Of a DNA stretch of 64,000 nt, positions 56,994 through 64,000 are shown one piece after another. Source of the stretch: an uncultured Bdellovibrionales bacterium (GTDB lineage: Bacteria; Patescibacteriota; Minisyncoccia; Moranbacterales; UBA1568). The translations under genes and the position numbers were made by a program. The DNA lies in NCBI GenBank assembly GCA_964491155.1, contig CAZBFG010000001.1:4604-68603 (forward strand), written 5' to 3'. Every line of letters starts with the position of its first letter. Position 1 is the first letter of the stretch. The notes below the pieces were generated by a model that saw only the letters and a list, made by a program, of their open reading frames with translations, did no database searches and had not been told where the DNA came from.

Positions 56994-58227
56994 ATCTGAG
57001 TGCTTCCATGGGACTGACACGAGATGCTTTGAATGCCGGGTACAAACCAAAGATAATACCAATACTGAGCGATACGGAAAAACCAATCACCACAGACGAG
57101 AGAGGAATCAGAAACTGCCACTCATACCCCAAACGAGGGATGATCAAAGCCGCCACATAGGCAATAAAAATACCGAAAACAATACCGATAACGCCGCCGA
57201 TAAGCGTCACGCATGCTGACTCGATAAGAAACTGCGTCATGATATGAACCGGCCGAGCCCCTACCGCTTTGCGCAGACCGATTTCGCGGATACGTTGCGA
57301 CACCGATATGAGCATGGAATTCATGATGCCGATACCTCCCACGACCAGTGAAATAGAAGCGATAGCAATCAGAAAATATTTGAGGACATCGGTGATACTG
57401 GTGAGTGCGCCCAGTGCTGCCTTGGTACTTCGCACAGAAAAATCCGACTCTTCTCCTTCTTCGATATCGTGGCGCTTGCGAAGGAGCTCGGTCATATCAG
57501 CCATAGCACGTTCGATATTTTCTGGTGTATCCACCTTGCCGCGTGCAAAATTGAGATAGTTGATGCCGAGCAAAATTTTCTGAGCCGTTTCTAGTGGCAC
57601 AAAAATGAGCGTATCGGGATTGGAAAAAGCCGCTGATCCACGCTCTTCCAGAACACCGATCACTTTGAATGGATTCTTTTTGATGATGATCGTTTCACCG
57701 ATCGGGTCACGATTGGGAAACAGGTCGGCTGCTCGGGTGGCACCGAGCACGACCACACGTGACAAATCCCCTTCTTCTTCCGCAAAAAAGAACCGTCCTT
57801 TGGCCACAGTGATGTTTTCTACTTTTATCATGTCCGGGGAAACGCCCTGAAAGCTCGCTTCAAACGACTCCGTTGCTGATTCCACGGTCGCAGAACCGCT
57901 CACATACCCGGACAAAGCCTCAAGGTGTGGAACATTACGCCGTTCCCGAAGTGCTTTCAAATCATCATTCTTGAACGTCGTAGTAACAATCCCCATGGCC
58001 GAAGCTGGCGGACCCTTTTCTTCCGAGGCACCGGGGAGTACTGCCACTAGATTGGATCCCACGTTTTCCACTTGCGACAGCACCAGTCTTTGTGCACTCG
58101 CTCCGATAGCCATGACCATGATAACTGCCGCCACGCCAATCACTACTCCAAGTACCGTAAGGAGAAACCGCAATTTTGAAGCAGAGAGAGATCGATAGGT
58201 GATCTTGATTGGATCTGAAAACTTCAT
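56986..58227 (-). CDS. MacB/FtsX-family ABC transporter permease, a paralog that overlaps the previous gene by 8 nt
   Basis: Begins MKFSDPIKITYRSLSASKLRFLLTVLGVVIG; same architecture; the track start at 58245 is GTG. Confidence 0.75.
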   Translation of the reverse strand: MKFSDPIKITYRSLSASKLRFLLTVLGVVIGVAAVIMVMAIGASAQRLVLSQVENVGSNLVAVLPGASEEKGPPASAMGIVTTTFKNDDLKALRERRNVPHLEALSGYVSGSATVESATESFEASFQGVSPDMIKVENITVAKGRFFFAEEEGDLSRVVVLGATRAADLFPNRDPIGETIIIKKNPFKVIGVLEERGSAAFSNPDTLIFVPLETAQKILLGINYLNFARGKVDTPENIERAMADMTELLRKRHDIEEGEESDFSVRSTKAALGALTSITDVLKYFLIAIASISLVVGGIGIMNSMLISVSQRIREIGLRKAVGARPVHIMTQFLIESACVTLIGGVIGIVFGIFIAYVAALIIPRLGYEWQFLIPLSSVVIGFSVSLSIGIIFGLYPAFKASRVSPMEALRYE

Positions 58228-58289
58228 ATTTCGTTCAAAACACACATTCTAAAACACAACGCTCAATCGAGACTTGTGTTTGTAAAAAA

Positions 58290-59012
58290 CTACTTTAGTA
58301 ATTCTGTTTCAACATTAGCAAAGCGACGTTTGGCAACCGGTTCGTCACTCACAATACGACCGTCCACCATACGCAAAATGCGTTTGGCATGCTCAGCCGT
58401 TGATGTCTCGTGTGTTACGAGAATAATAGTTTTTCCCTCCTCATTGAGTCGCTGCAAAATTGCCATCACCTGCAAACCAGATTTGGAATCCAAATTTCCG
58501 GTTGGTTCATCGGCAAAAATAATATCAGGATTATTGACCAGTGCTCTGGCGATAGCCACGCGTTGCTTTTCACCACCAGACAACTGACTGGAGAGGTAGG
58601 TCTCCCGATGTGACAATCCAACTGCCTGGAGCGCCGCTTTGACGCGCGCATCATTCGACTCCATGACCGCCTCATCATAGAGGAGAGGTAGCTCGACATT
58701 TTCCGCCACGCTAGTCTTGGGCAACAGATTGAACGCCTGAAAAACAAATCCGATTTTTCTATTTCGCAAACGAGCCAATTCATCGTCCGTAAACTGTGAG
58801 ACTTCTTTTCCATCCAACTGATAACTGCCTCCCGTCGCTCGATCGAGCAGCCCGAGCACTTGCATGAGTGTTGATTTTCCGGAACCCGATGGTCCCATGA
58901 TAGCCAAGAACTCACCCTTTTCGATAGTAAAAGTAGCCCCGAGAAGCGCCCGCGTTTGCACGCCTTCGCTTTCATAGATCTTCTCCAGTGTGGTAGCGGA
59001 AATCAAAGTCAT
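58290..59012 (-). CDS. ABC transporter ATP-binding protein (MacB/LolD-type)
   Basis: Walker A GPSGSGKST, signature LSGGEKQR, Walker B IIFADEPTGNLD. Confidence 0.85.
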   Translation of the reverse strand: MTLISATTLEKIYESEGVQTRALLGATFTIEKGEFLAIMGPSGSGKSTLMQVLGLLDRATGGSYQLDGKEVSQFTDDELARLRNRKIGFVFQAFNLLPKTSVAENVELPLLYDEAVMESNDARVKAALQAVGLSHRETYLSSQLSGGEKQRVAIARALVNNPDIIFADEPTGNLDSKSGLQVMAILQRLNEEGKTIILVTHETSTAEHAKRILRMVDGRIVSDEPVAKRRFANVETELLK

Positions 59013-60010
59013 TTCTTTTGTGTTGCTCCGATGGTCACCTCATCGCCTTCCTTCAGTCCGGATTTTACTTCAATAGTGCCTTCGTCACCTTCCAGTCCGG
59101 TGGTGACTTCTACTTTTTCAAAATTTTCAGCACTTCGTTTTACTTCCGCATACGTTTTACTTCCTTCTTTTGTTAAGGCGCGATACGGTACCCAAAGTAC
59201 GCCAGTACGCTTGGCTGTTTCTACATCGATATTACCAGTCATCCCCTCTTTCAAACGATCATCCTGCTTATTCAAACGAAATTTTACCCTGTAGGACACA
59301 ACATCTTGCACTACGGTAGCAGCCGGATCAATACTCATCACTTCGCCCTCGAAAATATCGTCGTTCGTAAACGCATCAAAGGTAATCGAGGCCTTCATCC
59401 CCAGTTGTATCTTGGCGATATCCGATTCTGGTACTCGTGATTCAAGCAGATAACTCCCCGGCTTGATGACTCGAGCAATCACCTTGCCGAGCGTCACTAC
59501 CTCACCGATACGCGTATCAAATTTTGAAATCTGCCCAGTCATTGGTGACCTTAGAACACTCTGCTTCATTTGTGCCTCTACCGTCCGGACGCTTTCCCGC
59601 GCTTGTTCAGAGAGATATTTCTTGGCTGCCAACTCCTCAGGCGTATAGTTAGTGCGACCACGACGCAGTAATTTTTCATTTTGTTCAGCCACACGCGCAC
59701 CAATACGCGCTTCTTTCAGCTGAGAAAAAAGTACCATCCGATCAAGGGAAGCTATCGCGTCACCCTCTGAGATGCTATCACCAATTTTCACCATCACGGC
59801 ATCGACAGCTCCGGTACTAGAAAATGACAAATCTGCATATTCTTCCGGCACCAGCTCTCCGGTCACGCTCACTGTCTCCGCCACATCACCACGCTTCACC
59901 GTCTCAGTCTGCACGACCGCTCCAGTATCTTTGCGTGTGAAAAAATAATAGCCGCCACCCACAAGAACCAGGAGGATTATAGCGATGATGATTCTTTTTT
60001 TCGTAAACAT
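59009..60010 (-). CDS. HlyD/MacA-family periplasmic adaptor
   Basis: N-terminal TM anchor, a coiled-coil hairpin, and lipoyl and beta-barrel domains; overlaps the ATPase gene in an operon; the start is taken at MFTKKRIII. Confidence 0.7.
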   Translation of the reverse strand: MFTKKRIIIAIILLVLVGGGYYFFTRKDTGAVVQTETVKRGDVAETVSVTGELVPEEYADLSFSSTGAVDAVMVKIGDSISEGDAIASLDRMVLFSQLKEARIGARVAEQNEKLLRRGRTNYTPEELAAKKYLSEQARESVRTVEAQMKQSVLRSPMTGQISKFDTRIGEVVTLGKVIARVIKPGSYLLESRVPESDIAKIQLGMKASITFDAFTNDDIFEGEVMSIDPAATVVQDVVSYRVKFRLNKQDDRLKEGMTGNIDVETAKRTGVLWVPYRALTKEGSKTYAEVKRSAENFEKVEVTTGLEGDEGTIEVKSGLKEGDEVTIGATQKK

Positions 60011-60014
60011 ATGT

Positions 60015-60443
60015 TTAGAGAAGTGACTTTTGTTTTGAGTGCTCATCCATCGATTTGTTGGCTTCGGCATCAGCCCGCGTATTAAATTCTCGTCTGACAT
60101 GAACAAACTCTACTTCGGAAAAATCAAGCATCAGGTTCCAGACCTGAAAAAACAGCGGTTGCAACTTTTCATTTTCAATCTTGTAGATATGATTGAGCTG
60201 ACGACAAGCCAGTTCCGAGTCCATCCGACACTCAACCTTGGCCTTCTTGGCTTTTTCTTTCCCAACAAGAGACTTGATTTTTTTCAGCCCCGCGACGATG
60301 GCGGCGTACTCGGCCTCGTTGTTGGTCTTGGTGCCGAGAAACTCACCAAACGCCACATCAAGCGTCTCAATATAGACACCCAAAGCCGCTGGTCCCGGAT
60401 TCCCCCGCGACCCTCCATCACTGTACATCACAATTTTTTCCAT
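60015..60443 (-). CDS. rnhA: Ribonuclease HI
   Basis: YSDGGSRGNPGPAALGVY and NNEAEYAAIVAGL motifs with the D-E-D-D catalytic residues. Confidence 0.8.
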   Translation of the reverse strand: MEKIVMYSDGGSRGNPGPAALGVYIETLDVAFGEFLGTKTNNEAEYAAIVAGLKKIKSLVGKEKAKKAKVECRMDSELACRQLNHIYKIENEKLQPLFFQVWNLMLDFSEVEFVHVRREFNTRADAEANKSMDEHSKQKSLL

Positions 60444-60468
60444 ATGACCCTATTGTATCAGAAAAGTC

Positions 60469-62184
60469 TTATTTCCGCTTCATATCAACCAGTTTGAGCT
60501 GGAGTGAGGTCGAGCCGTTCCAAGTGTTTTCATCGAGAGTAAAGGCCACATCGAGGACGTCGTTTTCTTTGAGGTCTGGGAAAGTCGTCCCGAGGGAAAA
60601 CCCGATAGCGTCAAAACACTTGATGCCACCCTGTGCGACCAAGGAGAGTTTCCAATGCTTACTACCATTGCCCACCAATCGCGCCTCGCGTACCACCATA
60701 TTTTCCAGAGCAAACACCGGTTCGGGATTCCCTTCACCAAAAGGGGCAAAAGCTACTAAATCACGGTAGAGTTTCGGGGTAAGATGTTCCGGCTTCACCA
60801 CAACGTCTACCCACTGCTCCGGCTCGGTCACGACATCGGCCAGCTTTTTCTCCACCAAGGCATTGAACTTTTCATAAAACGCCCCCATGCGGTCATTTCT
60901 GATAGTCATACCGGCTGCTTGGGCATGACCGCCAAACTTTTCAAGCATATCGCCACACTCCTCAATTGCTTCAATAATGTTGAGTTCAGCAATGCTGCGA
61001 AATGATCCGACACTGGTGGTCTCGCCCCGGGTCATGATACAGGTCGGTTTATTAAATTCTCGGGCGATTCGTCCGGCAATAAGACCAACCACTCCATACG
61101 GGAAGTGTTCGTCGGCTGCGAAAATAAATTTCTTGTTGGCAAATTTCTCAAGCGCAATTTTCCGCACCCGATCCGTCACTTCGGTACTTACTTTCTGCCG
61201 CCTGACGTTACAGTCATCGAGTTCGAGCGCGAGGATACGTGCCTCGGCCTGATCCCGTTCCATGAGGAGCTGGTGGGCCAACATGGCATGCGCCATGCGC
61301 GACGCCGCATTTATACGCGGAGCAATCTGAAACCCGATGGTGTGCGCATCCGGTACATGATCCTCATCGATGGGAATCCGCCCGACCGCGAACATTTCCT
61401 GAAACCCCACTCGTTTCGTTTTGGAAAGCACAATCAAACCATATTTGACGATACAGCGGTTCTCACCAACCAGGGGCATAACGTCAGCCACTGTCCCCAC
61501 GGCCACCACATCGAGGAGCCATTTCAATTGCTCAACTTCTTTCGGCAGGTAGCGCTGGTAGAGTGCTTGCGCCACCTTGAAGCTCGTCCCCGCCCCGCAC
61601 AGTTCCCGAAACGGATAGGTCTCGGTCGGCACTTTGGGATTGATAATAGCATATGCTTCGGGCATCACCTCGGGCACATGGTGGTGATCAATGACAATAG
61701 TGGCGATACCGCGCTTTTTGGCCTCGAGAATCACATCGTGATTCATGATGCCACAGTCGAGCGTCAGCACCAGCTTGATACCCTTGCTCTCAAAGAAATC
61801 CACCGCCAGAATATTGAACCCATGGCCCTCATTCACTTTTTCTGGAATATACACCTGGACCGGTACGCCGATAGCCTGCAGTGCCTCGCGCATAATGACG
61901 GACGATGTCACACCATCGGCATCAAAATCTCCAAACACTCCCACTGTTTCCAGATTGACCCGCGCTTCACCGAGCCGCGTGACGATTTTCTCCATTTCCT
62001 TGAATAGAAACGGGTCATGGATATCTCGATCAAAATTGGGCGACAAAAACAACTCCCGCGCCTCCTTGGTCGTATAGCCCCGATGATTGAGGAGTGCCTC
62101 GGTCACAGGATGCCATTCCTCCTGCCCCGTATGCTGTCCAGTATTTTTGGGCAACTCTGTAATTTTATATTTCCACTCTGGCAT
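60469..62184 (-). CDS. recJ: Single-stranded-DNA-specific exonuclease RecJ
   Basis: DHH motifs (DFDADGVTS, IVIDHHH), DHHA1 (GGHAQAAG) and a C-terminal OB domain. Confidence 0.85.
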   Translation of the reverse strand: MPEWKYKITELPKNTGQHTGQEEWHPVTEALLNHRGYTTKEARELFLSPNFDRDIHDPFLFKEMEKIVTRLGEARVNLETVGVFGDFDADGVTSSVIMREALQAIGVPVQVYIPEKVNEGHGFNILAVDFFESKGIKLVLTLDCGIMNHDVILEAKKRGIATIVIDHHHVPEVMPEAYAIINPKVPTETYPFRELCGAGTSFKVAQALYQRYLPKEVEQLKWLLDVVAVGTVADVMPLVGENRCIVKYGLIVLSKTKRVGFQEMFAVGRIPIDEDHVPDAHTIGFQIAPRINAASRMAHAMLAHQLLMERDQAEARILALELDDCNVRRQKVSTEVTDRVRKIALEKFANKKFIFAADEHFPYGVVGLIAGRIAREFNKPTCIMTRGETTSVGSFRSIAELNIIEAIEECGDMLEKFGGHAQAAGMTIRNDRMGAFYEKFNALVEKKLADVVTEPEQWVDVVVKPEHLTPKLYRDLVAFAPFGEGNPEPVFALENMVVREARLVGNGSKHWKLSLVAQGGIKCFDAIGFSLGTTFPDLKENDVLDVAFTLDENTWNGSTSLQLKLVDMKRK

Positions 62185-62241
62185 AAGCTATTTCTTTTCT
62201 AAAGTAAAAAATTCGTTTATCATTGTTATTCGGTGTTTCTC

Positions 62242-62422
62242 GAAAATACTTTCCATTTTCTTACCCTTTCGTGGCCGTCGAACATTTCTGACTCGCTGCA
62301 CCGAACAGGGAGCTGTCCTGTACCAAGTCGTCAGTCACGCTCGACTGTTACCGGTACGCTCATCAAAAATGTTACCGACGGCACCCGGAGAAAGAAAATG
62401 AAAAGTATTTCCAAGAAACTGT
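62242..62422. repeat. Copy 2 of the ~175-nt conserved imperfect-palindrome element (candidate structured ncRNA)
   Basis: Aligns over its whole length with 15525-15694; helix partners change co-ordinately (gccgtcg/cgacggc versus tccgacg/cgtcgga, and acattt/aaatgt versus acatcc/ggatgt). Confidence 0.7.
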
Positions 62423-62699
62423 TCAAACAGACACTATTTCATCAACAAACGTTTGTTTCCTCTAGAAACTTCCAAGCAAGAATCTTTCAAAGTAACTTCT
62501 GAGAGCCCGCACGGGCACGGTTTTTTCGAAGAAAAAGAGTGCGGGCATAAGGGTAGGGCGCTTCGCCACGCCGGGGCGAGCGACCGGTACTTTGGAAGGT
62601 TGCTTGCTTGGGAAGTTTCTACATTTTATAAAGGAAAGTCTTCATTGCAGAAGCACTCAAATAACATCCCAAAAACAAACAGTCCTTCTAGTCTAACAC

Positions 62700-62747
62700 A
62701 AAATAAAAACCCGCGCTCTCAATAATCGAACGCGGGGATATCTCAAG
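62700..62747 (-). terminator. Intrinsic terminator after dnaJ
   Basis: On the minus strand, cccgcg-ttcgattattgagag-cgcggg is followed by tttttatttt. Confidence 0.6.
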
Positions 62748-62750
62748 AAA

Positions 62751-63839
62751 TCAACGTTTCAAATCCCGCAAAGCCTCAATCAAGCGTTTTTCTTCGGAAG
62801 AAAGCTTTTTAGGAACAGCCAGCGTCACAGAAACCAAGTGATCGCCACGACCATACCGCTGCAGGTGTGGGATACCCTTACCTTTGATCCGAAAGACCTC
62901 GCCTGGCTGGGTGCCAGCGGGAATTTTCATGATCACTTCGCCCTCAATAGTCTCAATAGAAACTTTGGCTCCGAGCGTCGCCTCAGTGAAACTCATAGCA
63001 TACTGCGATACGATATCATCAGCGCGCCGAAGCAGCGTCGCATGCGGTCGCACATGAACATTGACATACAAATCCCCCGGGCGACTGCCAGCTTCTCCGG
63101 CGGCACCATGACCCCCGAGCGACAGCGTCTGTCCATCGCTGATACCAGCCGGAATATCAATCGAAACCTTTTCTTCGCGCTGCGTGCGACCGGCACCATG
63201 ACAGGTACCGCACTGATCAGCATAGGTCTTGCCTCGTCCCTGGCAACGATCACAGAGGACCGCTTGTTGCATAGTTCCAAAGATACTCTGCATCGTGCGC
63301 CGCACCTGCCCCGCTCCCTGACACTGTGAACACGTTGACTCTTTGGATCCTGGTTTGCCGCCCGTTCCATGGCAAGTGTCGCATTCGGACATTTTCCGTA
63401 GCGTAACTTCACGTTTGGCTCCACGCACCATCTCTTCAAAAGAAATCTCTACGTCAATCTGAATATCCGCACCCGCGCGTGAACGACTACGACCGGCACG
63501 TCCTCCAAAAAGATCAGAAAAGACATCCTCAAAGCCGGAACCATTGAAGTCGAATCCTTGGCCTCCATTGAAACCACTAAAATCGAAACCACCGAAACCT
63601 TGGCCAGCGCCCGGGCCACCCTGACCCTGGGTATGATAATCCTGGCCAGTCTGGTCGTAGCGAGCACGCTTTTCTTGATTACTGAGTACCTGATAAGCCT
63701 CATTGATCTCTTTGAACTTCTTTTCGTCTCCTGTTCCTTTGTCCGGGTGGTACTTGTGCGCCAGCTTGCGAAAAGCCTTTTTGATATCGTCTTCCGACGC
63801 GGACCGTGACACTCCGAGCGTACTGTAGTAATCAGCCAT
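62751..63839 (-). CDS. dnaJ: Chaperone DnaJ
   Basis: J domain with HPD (YHPDK), a G/F-rich region, four CxxCxGxG zinc-finger repeats, and a C-terminal substrate-binding domain. Confidence 0.9.
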   Translation of the reverse strand: MADYYSTLGVSRSASEDDIKKAFRKLAHKYHPDKGTGDEKKFKEINEAYQVLSNQEKRARYDQTGQDYHTQGQGGPGAGQGFGGFDFSGFNGGQGFDFNGSGFEDVFSDLFGGRAGRSRSRAGADIQIDVEISFEEMVRGAKREVTLRKMSECDTCHGTGGKPGSKESTCSQCQGAGQVRRTMQSIFGTMQQAVLCDRCQGRGKTYADQCGTCHGAGRTQREEKVSIDIPAGISDGQTLSLGGHGAAGEAGSRPGDLYVNVHVRPHATLLRRADDIVSQYAMSFTEATLGAKVSIETIEGEVIMKIPAGTQPGEVFRIKGKGIPHLQRYGRGDHLVSVTLAVPKKLSSEEKRLIEALRDLKR

Positions 63840-64000
63840 AAAACTTCAATAATAAGCTCTCCAATTACACGTCCATTCTATAATAAAAACAAAAAATTAG
63901 CAATCATCGTATGAGAGTGCTAATTCTACGTAATCTACGGGAGCAATATTTCCTGAACCCGTGGTACACGATCTAACTGTACCCACCCAAAAAAGAGTGC

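Noticed and set aside
62233-62700. Identification of the long structured recJ-dnaJ spacer as RNase P RNA, tmRNA or SRP RNA
   Set aside because: The conserved sequence blocks could not be found on either strand by eye. These blocks are GGAAAGTCCGGGCUCC and ACAGAACCCGGCUUA for RNase P, the GGGGCUGA start and tag-encoding ORF for tmRNA, and the GGAAGG-AAGCAGCC region for SRP domain IV.

Overview
This 64-kb window is a gene-dense bacterial chromosomal segment with mostly minus-strand, tightly packed housekeeping operons. The backbone is about 45-50% GC and looks like a small-genome (possibly CPR-like) organism, but that is inference only. Clear homology-type signatures identify six aminoacyl-tRNA synthetases (SerRS, LysRS, AspRS, PheRS alpha and beta, TyrRS) and two tRNAs (Lys-TTT and Val-CAC). 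They also identify GreA, Frr, RseP, the MreB-MreC-MreD-PBP2 rod-shape module, PBP1A, SecDF, an ABC-F ATPase, a MacAB-like efflux operon, RNase HI, RecJ, DnaJ, a NUDIX hydrolase, an ADP-forming acetyl-CoA synthetase and a SAM decarboxylase. A large polysaccharide toolbox is also present: four GT4 glycosyltransferases, an O-antigen-ligase-like protein, two Wzz-like proteins, an epimerase and a methyltransferase. No CRISPR array, integrase, transposase or rRNA was seen. The most interesting non-standard signals are five: (1) a ~175-nt imperfect-palindrome element present twice (15525-15694 and 62242-62422), with compensatory base changes in three nested helices, which is a candidate new structured ncRNA or ERIC-like family; (2) a roughly 60% GC island (9.4-14.7 kb) of five secreted or lipoprotein genes, plus three more isolated high-GC single-gene cassettes, each with its own consensus sigma70-like promoter and intrinsic terminator; (3) a family of CTAA/TTAG-rich palindromic intergenic repeats inside housekeeping operons; (4) a perfect 21-bp palindrome upstream of the island lipoprotein operon; (5) an AT-rich segment carrying a 7TM histidine kinase, a REC-REC regulator and unknown membrane proteins. 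All functional calls are from reading the translations and sequence by eye; no database search was run.
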